Positions 1 to 10,300 of a stretch of 49,564 nt of DNA are shown here, piece by piece (positions within the stretch are counted from its first letter, which is position 1; each line of letters begins with the position of its first letter). Origin of the DNA: Anaerolineae bacterium (GTDB taxonomy: Bacteria; Chloroflexota; Limnocylindria; Limnocylindrales; CSP1-4); the NCBI GenBank assembly GCA_035464455.1, contig DATHSE010000171.1:1-49564 (forward strand), read 5' to 3'. The position numbers and the translations under genes were made by a program. The notes under the pieces were generated by a model. It was not told where the DNA came from and ran no database searches. It saw only the letters and a list, made by a program, of their open reading frames with translations.

Positions 1-136
1 GAGTGTTCACGTCGATCGTTCCTCCGAGACTCTTCGGGTCCACTAGGGCGAGGTTTGGTTGGCCGTGGATGTGGCTGCCTCGCTCCGGCTAGACGCACAG
101 GCGTGGCAGTCGGTTCCCTCGAGTCTTCGGCGTTGC

Positions 137-619
137 TCAGCCGTGCCGGAGTGGGAAGATGACCTCGGTGAGCCAACGGCTGGGATCCGGTTCGGCCGAT
201 GGGTCGGTGAGGTACAGCTCCCAGGGGCCGCCGTTGGCTTGATACGTGCTCGCGTCGAGCCAGCGTTGCATGGCCTCGTACGTCGCCCCCAGCGTCTCGT
301 ACGGTCCGGCGTGCACTGCGATGGCAGCAGGTCCGGCAGGAAGCTGGCCCGGCTTGACCTCGCCGGCGGGAACGATCGGGACCGCGACCATCACGCCAGC
401 CTCCAGGTCGATGGTGTCACCGAACGAGTGATAGCGGGCGAAGGGCGCTCCGTCGGCCTCGATGGACTGCTGCGCGAGGGCCTCTCGGACGGTGCGGAAG
501 ATCTGGCCGATGGCTTCGGGCAGTCCGTCACGCGGCACCTCGTGACGCATGCTCGCGGTTTGGTGGCTCCGAAGGACGCGAAGCTCGATCTTCGATGATG
601 GGGCTCGGGAATCAGCCAT
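137..619 (-). CDS. GyrI-like small-molecule-binding domain protein (AraC effector-binding type fold)
   Basis: ORF 137..676(-). Start taken at the internal ATG at 619, which has GAGGTG 5 nt upstream, giving 160 aa. The length and beta-alpha-beta-beta duplicated layout fit the family (..FARYHSFGD..IDLEAGV.. / ..AAIAVHAGPYETLGATYEAMQRWL..GPWELYLTDP..). Confidence 0.7.
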   Translation of the reverse strand: MADSRAPSSKIELRVLRSHQTASMRHEVPRDGLPEAIGQIFRTVREALAQQSIEADGAPFARYHSFGDTIDLEAGVMVAVPIVPAGEVKPGQLPAGPAAIAVHAGPYETLGATYEAMQRWLDASTYQANGGPWELYLTDPSAEPDPSRWLTEVIFPLRHG

Positions 620-772
620 GGAGGCACCTCGCTGGTCGGACGCTGTCAATGTGGGGTATTTCGCGGCGAAAGGCAAGTCGCCGATGGTCCCGATCCGATC
701 CGATCGTCCTGGGGCGCCAGTCTCCGGCCGTCTCCCCTGCGGGGCGCGCCTGACGCAGGTAGGCTCGCGCGG

Positions 773-1423
773 ATGAGAGGCCGCTGGATCGCACGACTCG
801 CCCTGTGCACCACCATCTCGCTGGTGCCCGTGACCGCCGCGGCCCAGACGCCGCTACCGGCCCAGACACCGCAACCGGCCCAGACACCGCAACCGGCCCC
901 GGCAGATCGATCGACGCCGAGCGCATCGGCCTCCCCGGGCCACCCCCCAGGGCACCGCGACCTCCTGCTCGACATGCCCTACTACCTCGGCGGCTTCGAG
1001 CCGGACATCGTGATGACGCGAGGCGCTGAGCACGTTGCCACCCTCGATGCGGATGATCCGACGCGGATGGACCTGGAGGCGTTCCTGGGTGCCGTCGAGG
1101 CGGACATCGAAGACATGGACTCGGGCTACGCGCTCGTCTCCCTGGACGACTTCTTCGCGTTCGTGGTCGCGATCCGGGTCGCTGGCGTGGAGCCGGGCTC
1201 ACTGCTGCCTGCGTACCTGCCCACGCTGCTCGACGACCTCGTCGATGCCAGCAGCGTGACGGCGAACGTGAGTGGCAAGGACGTCGTGGTCATCTCCTCG
1301 GTCGGCGCCGACGACGAGTATGTCGATCTCTACGTCTACGACCAGGGCGACACGATCTGGATGCTGCAGGGTCCGGAGGACGTCGTCGAGGTCACGCTGG
1401 ACGGCTTGCCGGACCCGCGATAG
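773..1423 (+). CDS. Secreted hypothetical protein with Pro/Gln/Thr hexapeptide repeats
   Basis: N-terminal signal-like segment (MRGRWIARLALCTTISLVPVTAAAQ), then PAQTPQ repeats, then an acidic globular part. No recognisable family. Confidence 0.6.
   Translation: MRGRWIARLALCTTISLVPVTAAAQTPLPAQTPQPAQTPQPAPADRSTPSASASPGHPPGHRDLLLDMPYYLGGFEPDIVMTRGAEHVATLDADDPTRMDLEAFLGAVEADIEDMDSGYALVSLDDFFAFVVAIRVAGVEPGSLLPAYLPTLLDDLVDASSVTANVSGKDVVVISSVGADDEYVDLYVYDQGDTIWMLQGPEDVVEVTLDGLPDPR
842..895 (+). repeat. 18-bp in-frame tandem repeat x3 (GCCCAGACRCCGCWACCG) encoding PAQTPQ
   Basis: Direct reading of 842-859, 860-877 and 878-895. Units 2 and 3 are identical. Confidence 0.9.
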
Positions 1424-1453
1424 ACGCGGCGCTGGTGCCTCCCGCACAGGGAG

Positions 1454-1495
1454 AGGCGGGGTCCGACACGGGGGGGAGAGCGTCAGACCCCGCCT
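1454..1495. terminator. Stem-loop between convergent genes (possible bidirectional terminator)
   Basis: AGGCGGGGTC (1454-1463) pairs perfectly with GACCCCGCCT (1486-1495). The loop is 22 nt and is followed by TTGATGTGTT. The long loop and weak U-tract lower confidence. Confidence 0.4.
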
Positions 1496-1527
1496 TGATG
1501 TGTTCCGGCCGCCCGGGGCCGACGTGC

Positions 1528-2025
1528 TTACGCGGGCGTGGTGCGTCTGGCGAGCCTCTGGAACTGCGCCGGCACCCACCACTTCAGGAAGTACAGACGG
1601 CAGCCGAGGCAGTAGCCGGTCGCCGCCAGGACGGCCTGCAATGCCCCGACTGCCGCCGCTACGACCCAGCCCAGCGTCGGTAGGCCGAGGAGGAACAGGG
1701 CTGACGCGACGCTGAACCCGATGAAGCCGAGGGCTTGCGCGAAGCGCGGTGGAAGCTCGTGCTCCAGCGCTCCTGGAGGGGCGATGCCGAGGACACGACG
1801 AACGACCGGCCACGGCCGCCCCAGGACGGAATAGCGCGTGCCGAAGAACGCGCTGATGCCGAGGGCGGCCGCCAGGAAGGTCACCACGACTGGGGCACCG
1901 ATGAGGAAGCCGGCGAGGAGGATGCCGACCGAGAGCGCCGCGCCGAAGCGGTGGCCGCGCGGATCGATCATGCGACTGGCACTGCTGGCGCTGCCCTGGC
2001 TGGGCTGACCGGTGGTCGCGGTCAT
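1528..2025 (-). CDS. DUF4395 domain membrane protein
   Basis: Start at ATG 2025 (MTATTGQ..) with a GAGGAG SD upstream. Hydrophobic helices and the C-terminal GYCLGCRLY motif are typical of DUF4395. Confidence 0.75.
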   Translation of the reverse strand: MTATTGQPSQGSASSASRMIDPRGHRFGAALSVGILLAGFLIGAPVVVTFLAAALGISAFFGTRYSVLGRPWPVVRRVLGIAPPGALEHELPPRFAQALGFIGFSVASALFLLGLPTLGWVVAAAVGALQAVLAATGYCLGCRLYFLKWWVPAQFQRLARRTTPA

Positions 2026-2136
2026 CGGTGGCTCCTCGTTTGCTGCGTGGATCCCTGGTCTCTGCACGGATCCTAGCCGCGGACACACAGCGTATTGGCT
2101 GAGCGCTGGACTGTCCAATCGAATTGTGCGACTCTG

Positions 2137-2157
2137 GTGAACGATACAGTCGTTCAC
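2137..2157. promoter_or_regulatory. Perfect inverted repeat GTGAACGA-N5-TCGTTCAC in the lysR/DUF4395 divergent region (candidate LysR-type operator)
   Basis: Read directly. It lies 18 bp upstream of the proposed LysR GTG start. Confidence 0.4.
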
Positions 2158-2174
2158 AACGGAGGCACAGCGCC

Positions 2175-3107
2175 GTGGATATCCCCCGCCTCGAAGCGTT
2201 CCTCGAGGTCGCACGCCTCGGCTCGATGCGTGCCGCCGCCCGCTCCCTGCACCTGGGCCAACCGGCCTTGAGCGCCCGCATCGTGGCCCTCGAGGATGAG
2301 CTGGGCGCCCGTGTCTTCGAGCGCACCAAACGGGGTGTGCGCCTGACGCTGGCGGGGCGGGCGCTGCTTCCCCATGCGCAGCGGGCCCTCGACGCGGTGG
2401 CGGCCGGGCGCACCGCGGTCAGCCAGGTGGAGCAGGGCGATGACGGTGAGCTGGTCATCGCGGCGGTCTCGGCCATCAACGCGTCCGTCGTTCCCGAGCT
2501 GGTGGCGCGCTTTCGGCGTTACCACCCCGGTGTGCACCTGTACGTCCACACCGGCTCCGCGGAGCGGATCATCGAGCTGGTGACGTTCGGGACCGCTCGA
2601 CTGGGCCTCATCGGAGAGGCGGCACCGTCGCGAGACCCACGTCTCAGCGTGACCCCGCTCTACGAGGAACGACTGGTGCTGACTGCGCGGCCGGAGCACC
2701 CCTTCGTGGCCGAGGGACCCATCCCCATCGCCCGGTTGGCGGATGCGACGCTCATCTTCTACGACCGGGGCTCGGACGATCACGAGCTCGCCCAGTCGCT
2801 GCTCCGGAAGGCACGCGTGGCCCCTTATGGCGTCATCGAGGTCGACAGCGTCGACACCGCCCGGCGGCTCGTCGCGCGTGGCCTGGGTGTGGCCTGGCTG
2901 CCGTCGACCTCCGCTGTGCCTGAGTTCGAGGCGGGCCGGCTGGCGGCCGTGGGGCTGGCCGATGCACCGGAGATGCGTCGGCGGATCGTGGCGTTGGAGC
3001 TGGCCGAGGCCTCTACGTGGATCCCGGTGGACACGCTGCGCCGCCTGCTCGGTGAGGTCGCCTCGTTCATGCCCGGTGCGACCGCGGTCGGACCGCCTTC
3101 AGGCTGA
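2175..3107 (+). CDS. LysR family transcriptional regulator
   Basis: The N-terminus VDIPRLEAFLEVARLGSMRAAARSLHLGQPALSARIVALEDELGARVFERTKRGVRLT is the canonical LysR wHTH. GTG 2175 has GGAGG 9 nt upstream. ORF track 2124..3107. Confidence 0.9.
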   Translation: MDIPRLEAFLEVARLGSMRAAARSLHLGQPALSARIVALEDELGARVFERTKRGVRLTLAGRALLPHAQRALDAVAAGRTAVSQVEQGDDGELVIAAVSAINASVVPELVARFRRYHPGVHLYVHTGSAERIIELVTFGTARLGLIGEAAPSRDPRLSVTPLYEERLVLTARPEHPFVAEGPIPIARLADATLIFYDRGSDDHELAQSLLRKARVAPYGVIEVDSVDTARRLVARGLGVAWLPSTSAVPEFEAGRLAAVGLADAPEMRRRIVALELAEASTWIPVDTLRRLLGEVASFMPGATAVGPPSG

Positions 3108-3179
3108 CGACGTCCGCCGGATGGATCGCAGGCCGCGCTCGGCGGGCAGGAGCACACTGTCCGGGCGATACCCGCCGCT

Positions 3180-5252
3180 ATGACAAGGAGACGCGCCACG
3201 GATCGGCACAGGGCACCGGGCTCCGCTGGACACGCCGAGCACATCCTCGAGGGCCTCAACGAGGCCCAGCGCGAGGCGGTGCTGGCAGTGTCTGGGCCGG
3301 TGGCCATCATCGCCGGCGCCGGCAGCGGCAAGACGCGCGTGGTGAGCCACCGGGCGGCCTACGCGGTGGCGACGGGCGCGGTGGCCGAGCGCGAGGTCCT
3401 GCTGGTGACCTTCACCGAGAAGGCAGCCGGCGAGATGAAGGCCCGCGTGCGTCAGCTGGGCCTGGAGAACGTGATGGCACGCACGTTCCACTCGGCGGCC
3501 CTGGCGCAGCTGCGGCACTACTGGCCACGGCGCCACGACGGCGCGCCGTTGCCCGAGGTGATGGCCGACAAGTGGCGCATCGTCGCTCCGCTGGCCCGTG
3601 CGTTGCCGGGCGGCTACCGCTTCACGCCGGCGCGGGACCTCATCGACGAGATCGAGTGGGCCAAGAGCCGCCGGTTGACGCCGATCACCTACGCGGCGCG
3701 CGCCGCCGGCCGGACCCCGCCCGCCACCATGGATCTGTTCGTGCGGCTCTTCGGCGACTATGAGCGGGCCAAGTCCCGCCGGGGACTGATCGACTTCGAC
3801 GACATCCTGCTGCACACGGTGGGGCTGCTCGAGCAGGATGAAGAGGCAGCTTCGGCGGTCCGCTCCCGCTACTCCTGGTTCACCGTCGACGAATACCAGG
3901 ACACCACGCCGCTGCAGGCACGCCTGTTGGAGCTGTGGCTCGGTGAACGACGCGACCTCTGCGTGGTGGGCGACGAGGACCAGACCATCTACACCTTCGC
4001 GGGTGCCACACCGGAGCACCTCACCGGCTTCGAGCGGCGCTACCCGGGTGCGCGGGTGATCCCGCTGCTGACCAACTACCGCTCCAGCCCGCAGATCATC
4101 GCCCTGGCTAACAAGGTGCTTGCGTCGACCGGCGCCTCCAAGCAGCTGATCCCCAGTCGGGGAGAAGGGGCGGCTCCGATGTTGCACCCGTGCGCCTCGG
4201 CCGCGGAGGAAGAGGCGTTCGTGGTCACACGCGTCAGGGAGCTGCTGCGGGACGGGGTGGCAGCCGACGAGATGGCCGTGCTGGTGCGCCTGAATGCGCA
4301 GACTGCAGGGTTCGAGTCGGCGCTGGCACGCGCGGGCATCCCCTACCACGTGCGCGGGAAGCGGTTCTTCGAGCGGCGGGAGGTGCAGGCCGCCGTGCGC
4401 GCGCTCGAGCGTGTCGCCGACGACCTGGCCGGCGATGCGCTGCTGACCGAGGTCCGCCGGACATGGGACCGACAGCTGGGCTTCGATCCCGACGCCGATC
4501 CCGAAGGACGCGAGGCACGTGAGCGGCAGGCCTCGCTGTCGACCCTGCTGGCCATCGTGACCGAGCTGGTACACACCGAGGGAGCCGATGCTGCCTCGGT
4601 GGTCGCGGCGCTCGAGCGGCGGGCCGCGAGCGAGCGTGCCGATGACGTTCACGGGGTGGAGCTGCTGACCCTCCACCGTGCTAAGGGCCTCGAGTGGGAT
4701 GCGGTGTTCATCCCGATGCTGGCGGAGGGCTCGCTGCCGGTCGGCCAGGCGGGTGCCGACGAGGCGGCGCTGGCCGAGGAGCGTCGCCTCCTCTACGTCG
4801 GCATCACGCGTGCCCGGCGTCACCTCGCCCTGTCGTGGGCGCAGCAGCGGCCCTCGTCGACGGGCAAGCCACAGCAGCGTACGCCGTCGCGCTTCCTGCG
4901 GGTCCTTGACCACGGCGCCGCGGGTGGGCTGGCCGGGCCTCGGGAAAGGGGCGCGCCTCGCGGATCGAGGGCCTCGACCGCGACCACGGGTGTCGGGCGG
5001 ACGCCCGGTGCGGCCCGCGCTCTCCTGAGCGCGGACGACGCCGTCCTCTTCGATGCCCTCAAGGCCTGGCGACTCGAGCGGGCACGGGCGGACCAGGTGT
5101 CGCCCTTCATCGTCGCGTATGACACGGTCATCGCGGAGATCGCCGAGCGCCGGCCGCGCTCGGCGGCGGAGCTGCTGGCCATCCCCGGCATCGGGCCGGG
5201 CAAGGTGGAGCGCTACGGCGAGGAGATCCTGGCCATCGTCGCGGCCGGATAG
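3180..5252 (+). CDS. UvrD/PcrA-family SF1 DNA helicase with C-terminal HRDC domain (UvrD2-like)
   Basis: Walker A AGAGSGKT, Walker B/DEYQD (FTVDEYQDT), TNYRS, helicase motif VI LLYVGITRAR, and a C-terminal HRDC-like segment LFDALKAWRLERA..SPFIVAYDTVIAEIAERRP..LLAIPGIGPGKVERYG. Confidence 0.9.
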   Translation: MTRRRATDRHRAPGSAGHAEHILEGLNEAQREAVLAVSGPVAIIAGAGSGKTRVVSHRAAYAVATGAVAEREVLLVTFTEKAAGEMKARVRQLGLENVMARTFHSAALAQLRHYWPRRHDGAPLPEVMADKWRIVAPLARALPGGYRFTPARDLIDEIEWAKSRRLTPITYAARAAGRTPPATMDLFVRLFGDYERAKSRRGLIDFDDILLHTVGLLEQDEEAASAVRSRYSWFTVDEYQDTTPLQARLLELWLGERRDLCVVGDEDQTIYTFAGATPEHLTGFERRYPGARVIPLLTNYRSSPQIIALANKVLASTGASKQLIPSRGEGAAPMLHPCASAAEEEAFVVTRVRELLRDGVAADEMAVLVRLNAQTAGFESALARAGIPYHVRGKRFFERREVQAAVRALERVADDLAGDALLTEVRRTWDRQLGFDPDADPEGREARERQASLSTLLAIVTELVHTEGADAASVVAALERRAASERADDVHGVELLTLHRAKGLEWDAVFIPMLAEGSLPVGQAGADEAALAEERRLLYVGITRARRHLALSWAQQRPSSTGKPQQRTPSRFLRVLDHGAAGGLAGPRERGAPRGSRASTATTGVGRTPGAARALLSADDAVLFDALKAWRLERARADQVSPFIVAYDTVIAEIAERRPRSAAELLAIPGIGPGKVERYGEEILAIVAAG

Positions 5253-5388
5253 GTGGATCGATCGGCTGCCGCGGCGCTCATGGCTGCTGGTTCAGCACCC
5301 GATGGTCGGCCGCCTCGCTGTCCCAGTAGCGCCTCGCCCGCGCGTGATGCACGTCGTCGGGATGCTCAACGACAGCCAGATCAGCGAC

Positions 5389-6036
5389 TTACGTGTGGAT
5401 GATCCAGTCGGGCTCGCCGCTGCGCTCGTAGATGAGCCGAGCGTTGGGCATATCGTTGTCCTCGAGCTTGGCCCGGATGGCGGACTCGTCGAGGCCGAAA
5501 TCGACCCAGCGCTGCCGATTGCGGGCCTCCAGCGTCGTCATGTCGGCGACGATGAGTACCGTCCGGTCGAAGAACGGCCGCAGGCTGGGCCAGGGCGGAT
5601 CATCCAGCAGCAGATAGTTACCTTCACTCACTATCAAGCGGACGGAACGGTCGATGAGGATGGCGCCGGCCCGGGCGATCTCGATGGTGCGGTCGAAGCG
5701 CGGCACGGCCACGCTCTCCTCGTCGTTGGCGTGGAGCCGGCGCAGGGCGGCAGCGAAGCCGCCGACGTCGAACGTGTGCGGGGCACCCTTGCGCGGCCGC
5801 CAGCCGCGCGGGATGAGGGCCTCGTCGTCGTAGTGAAAGCCGTCCATCGGCAGCAGGGCGGTGCTGCCCGGCTGCAGCTCGTTGAGGCGACGTTCGGCGT
5901 CGGCGGCGATGGTCGACTTGCCCGATGCAGGGGCGCCGGCGATGGCCACGATGCGCCGCTCCTCGACGGGGATGTCGTGCAGGTAGCTCGCCAGGTGAGC
6001 GAGGAAGCTGTCGCGATCGAACTCGGTCAGGGTCAC
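5389..6036 (-). CDS. P-loop nucleoside/nucleotide kinase family protein (uridine kinase / FrcK-like)
   Basis: P-loop IAGAPASGKST, LPMDGFHYDD and VSEGNYLLLD are typical of the PRK/uridine-kinase family. Start set at GTG 6036, where a TATCAT -10-like hexamer lies 6 nt upstream (leaderless pattern). The 285-aa ORF N-terminal extension is Arg/Pro-rich and unlikely to be coding. Confidence 0.7.
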   Translation of the reverse strand: MTLTEFDRDSFLAHLASYLHDIPVEERRIVAIAGAPASGKSTIAADAERRLNELQPGSTALLPMDGFHYDDEALIPRGWRPRKGAPHTFDVGGFAAALRRLHANDEESVAVPRFDRTIEIARAGAILIDRSVRLIVSEGNYLLLDDPPWPSLRPFFDRTVLIVADMTTLEARNRQRWVDFGLDESAIRAKLEDNDMPNARLIYERSGEPDWIIHT

Positions 6037-6179
6037 AGCGGCATGATAGGTGCTCCGAACCTCGGGATGGCTTCCTCGGAGACAGGCCCGCGGCGTTGTG
6101 CCAGACAGGTGGCACACGTGACGGTCAGCATGGTCGCGCGCGGGAAGCGGACGCCGCGCCCGAACGGGGGAGCGTACCG

Positions 6180-7250
6180 ATGACGGAGCCAGGCGTGACG
6201 TGGGCCGACGCCAGACTGGGTGCCATGCCGGGCCTGGGCAACGCACGGCCGCGCGGCGGGGCGGAGATCAAGTCGGAGCTCGACGTGGGCCTGGCCGTGG
6301 TGCGCTACCTCTACGACAACTCGCGCATCGACGCCGAGTGGAGCGTGCACGAGGAGCGCGGCTTCCGCTGGTGGGCGGACGGGCTGGCCCAGCGGGTCTG
6401 GTCGGAGCCGGCGCTCGATGACGATGGCACGGAGATCTTCCGCGTCTTTGCCGCCACGGAGCTGCTGCGCCGCGTCGCGGACGTGACCGGTGCCGCGCAC
6501 GTCATCGACACCATCAACGGGCTATCGGCCGGCAGTGCCATCGTGCTTGATCCGGACGCGCAGACCATCGGCTCGGTCGCGAGCATGTGGGTGCACGCGG
6601 GCTCGCGCGACTGGGTCGCCCGCGCGTTCTCCGTCATCGCAGCCATCCAGGTGGCACAGGCGCAGCAGCAGGCCACGATGCTCGCACCTCTCGTCGAGGG
6701 TGAGCCGGCGTTCTCGGCGCACCCCGACTCCGGACCGCGGACCGAGCCGGACCAGATGCTGGGCCTGCTGGACATCGTCAAGGCAGACGGCGCGGCCCGA
6801 ACGCGCTGGGCGGGAGCGGACCTGGTCGGCGCCCTGCGGCAGCTGCGGGAGCTGCCCATCGTGGTGCTGGCGACCGGCGACGAGGCCGGCCTCGCCATCG
6901 AGGTGACCTACCGGCAGACGACCGCGCTCATCCGCGTTGACACCGATGAGCCACACCCCGGTCTGGGCAACGGCATGATCGTGCGCCTGTCCCTGCCGGG
7001 CGCCGCCGGGCCCGGTCCCGGATGGGCGGCGATGCGCAACCGCCAGGAGTTGAAGTCGCTGACGCGAGCCCACTTCGTGGGCAGCTGGGTCGGATCGGCC
7101 GCATTCGCCACCTTCGTGTCGTTCTACCCCAACATGCTCGCCCGCACGGGTATCGGCGCGGTCAACGTGGCGCTCTCGACCATCAACCGTGCCATGTGGA
7201 TCGCCGGCGAGGGCCGCACGAGCGCCGCCAGAGCCGCCCGAGACGCCTGA
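6180..7250 (+). CDS. Hypothetical protein (356 aa, no recognisable family)
   Basis: ATG 6180 with GGGGGAG 7 nt upstream. Amino-acid composition is balanced (W, Y, H, M, I present), unlike the overlapping shadow ORFs. Confidence 0.6.
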   Translation: MTEPGVTWADARLGAMPGLGNARPRGGAEIKSELDVGLAVVRYLYDNSRIDAEWSVHEERGFRWWADGLAQRVWSEPALDDDGTEIFRVFAATELLRRVADVTGAAHVIDTINGLSAGSAIVLDPDAQTIGSVASMWVHAGSRDWVARAFSVIAAIQVAQAQQQATMLAPLVEGEPAFSAHPDSGPRTEPDQMLGLLDIVKADGAARTRWAGADLVGALRQLRELPIVVLATGDEAGLAIEVTYRQTTALIRVDTDEPHPGLGNGMIVRLSLPGAAGPGPGWAAMRNRQELKSLTRAHFVGSWVGSAAFATFVSFYPNMLARTGIGAVNVALSTINRAMWIAGEGRTSAARAARDA

Positions 7251-7318
7251 GCTGCCCAAGCTGCCAGAACGCTGAGACGCCCTAGCTGCCAAAGACGTCC
7301 CATCCAGCCGGGCCGCGG

Positions 7319-10300
7319 TCAGGCCACCTCGATGCGTGGGAGGGGATGCTGCACATCCGCCTCCAGCGGCGTGCTGGGGTGGCAGGTGAAGTAGATGACC
7401 TGGCAGGTCTGGGCCAGCTCCTCGATGGAGCGTGATGCCCGCGCCGCGCGCTCCTCGTCGAAGTTGACGAGGATGTCGTCCATGACGATGGGCAGCGGCT
7501 CGCCGGACGTCTCCACGAAGTGCTGCACCAGGCCGAAGCGCAGCGCGAGGTAGAGCTGCTCGGAGGTTCCTCGGGAGAGGGCAGGCAGGCTGATCTCCAC
7601 GCCGTCGCGGCGCTGGATGCCGCGGATGTCCTCACCCAGGGGGGCCACGATGCGCTCGTAGCGCCCGTCGGTCCACTGCCGCAAGACGTGCTCGGCCTTC
7701 TCCACCACGGCCGGGCGGTGGGCCTCCTCGTAGACGCGGCGCGACCGCTTCAGGACGTGGTGGGCGAGCGCGTATACGGCCCAGCGCTCGGCGGTCGCCT
7801 CCAGCCGTGAGAGCAGGTCCGCCCGTTCCTGGCGCAGCTCGGTGGGGTCGGCGTCGGTCTCCATCTCGCTACGGCTCGCGCGCAGCCGGCCGGCCTCCTG
7901 GTTGAGCTCGTCTCGGTCCTGCGCCAGCTGCGCCAGCTGCTCAGCGATGCCCGCCACCGTCGCCTTCACATCGGCGATGTCCTCGACCGCGCCGAGGTCC
8001 GTCATCAGCTCCTGCAGCGCCATTCCGGGGCCTGACAGCGTGGTCAGCGTCGCCCGAGCCGCCTCGATGCCGGTGTCCAGGACGGCGGCGCGGCGTGACC
8101 GCTCGACCTCGGCACGGAGCGTGGCAGCATCGCCCACGGCGGACTCGGCGAGGAAAGCGTCCAGCTCGGCCTGAGCGAGGTCGCGCGACTCCTGGGCCGC
8201 CGTCACGGCCGCCTGTCGCTCCTCGAGGGCATGAGCCAGCTCGGCGCGGTCGCGCTCGCCCGCGAGGGCGTCCTGGAGGCGCTTGGCCAGCAGCGTCGCC
8301 TCGGTACCGACATCGGCGGCGTCGGCGGTCCCCGCATGTTCGGCGGCACCGTCGGCCAGCAGTGGCCTGAGTGCCTCGACCTGGGCTACGTAGGCGGCAT
8401 GCTCCGCGCGGAGCTCGTCGGTACGTCGCTCGGCCGCGCGCTGGGCGGCCACGCCGCCCTTGGCGGATGTCACCGAATCCACCACGCGCCCGGCGGTCTC
8501 GCGGTCGAAGCCCGGATCCAGGTCGTGCGCGGCGAGCCACTCGGCCCACTCGGTGCGCGCGGCCTCCGCCGCCGTGGTGCGCCGCTCGAGCTCGGCGGCG
8601 AGCTCGGTCACGCGCCTGCCCTGCGCTTCGGCCGCGGTACGCGCCTGCGTCTCGTGCTCGGTGGCCTGCGTGCGGCGCGAATCGGTCTCGCGGTCGGCGG
8701 CGATGGCGGCACGGAAGGCTTCCAGTTCGTCCGCATCAGGTGCCACGGGCAAACCGGCCGCGGTGGTGGCGGCCGCCAGCTCACCGGCAAGCCGCTCAGC
8801 TTCCCGCTCGGCAGCCAGTGCCGCGTCCAGCCGGTCGAGGTCACGCTGCAGCCGGCCGCGCTCCTCCTCGAGCGCGTCCTGCAGCTGCTCGACGTCGGTC
8901 CTCGAGGGCGTGGAGCCAAGACCAAGGGTGGCGCCGAGTCGCTCGATGGTGTCGTTCGCAAGGCTACGTTGCTGCTCCAGTCGCTCGTACGTGGCGAGCG
9001 CATCGGTGGCGCCCCGCGAGCGCAGCAGGTAGGCCAGCATGGCGGCGCCGACGAGCCCGGCCGCGGCCACCACCAGCACGACCGGCAGCGTCACCTCCAG
9101 CAGCAGCAGGATGACGGCCATCGCCACGGCGCCGATGCCGAGGGCGAGTGGTGCCAGCAACCAGCGCTGGGTCTGGCCGGTGGCGGACTCGGCGAGCGCC
9201 ATGGCACTGGGCAGCATCTGGTCCGCCGCGTCACGCGATCCGAGCGCGGCGGACAGCTCTCGTGCCTGCGCCCGCCGCTCGTCCAGCGCCACCCTCGTCT
9301 CCGCCGGGTCATCGGCCGGGCGGTCGGCAGCCATTCGCTGCTGGGTGGTGAGCCGCTCGCCGAGCGTCTCGATCTCGCGCATCGCCCGTTCCCGCAGCGC
9401 CGGTGCAGGCCGTCCGGCCAGCGCCTCGTCCAGCTCCGCCACCCGTGCCGCAGCAGCCTCGACCTGGGCCTCGGCGTCCTTGAGCTGCTCCTGCGCCGCC
9501 TCGTGGCTGCTACGTGCGCTGGCCAGTGCCTGCTCGGCGGCGGCGAGCGAGGTCCGGAAGCGACCGCTGATCTCCGCCTTGACCGCGATCGAGTCGTCGA
9601 AGCCCTCGACGCGCTCGATGGTCCAGTGGGCCCCCAAGCCGGCCAGGGCGGCGACCATGGCGGACCGCGCCTCGGTGAGCTCGCGCTCGCAGCGAGCGCG
9701 TTCGTCGGCCCGGGCGGCCTCGATCCTGGTGGCCTCTCCCAGCGCCGCCAGCTCGTCGCGGTGTGCCAGGGCAGCCTCGTCGATGACAGCCTCGTCCAGT
9801 CGCGCCTGCGCCCGGTCGCGCTCCCGCACCGCGGTATCGGCGGCCTTGGCGCTCTCGCCGAGGCCGGCTTCGAGCGCGCTGAGGCGCTCCAGCGTGACGG
9901 CCGCGAAGGTCCGCACCTGGGCCAGGGCGTCGCGTGCGTCCTGCAGGCGGCGCAGCTCCAGCCAGGTGTCCCAGCCGTCGATGAGCCGCTGCTGGCGGCG
10001 CCGCTCGGCCTCCAGGGTCTCGTGCTGCCGGCCCAGCTCGGTGAGCCGGGCGAGGACCTCGTCGAGCTGCGCACCGGCCTCGGCGTAGGCCCGTGGGAGG
10101 TCGCGCCCGGCCAGGTCGCGATCGATGTCCTCCAGGGCCTTCAGCAGCTCATTGATCTCCGGCTTGCTGCCGCCGGACTTGAAGCAGCCCTCCATGCGCC
10201 CGCGCAGGTCGCTCTCGACCTTCAGTCCGGAGACGCCGCCGGTGCCCAGGCCGGCACCGTAGATGCGCGCTGCCACCTCGTCGTCCTTGAGCGTCTGGAA

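Noticed and set aside
1199-2479. 426-aa minus-strand ORF overlapping the secreted protein, DUF4395 and lysR
   Set aside because: It is Arg/Ser/Pro/Ala-rich and overlaps three better-supported genes in other frames.
3099-4913. 604-aa minus-strand ORF opposite the UvrD2-like helicase
   Set aside because: It is a shadow frame. The plus-strand frame carries all the SF1 helicase motifs.
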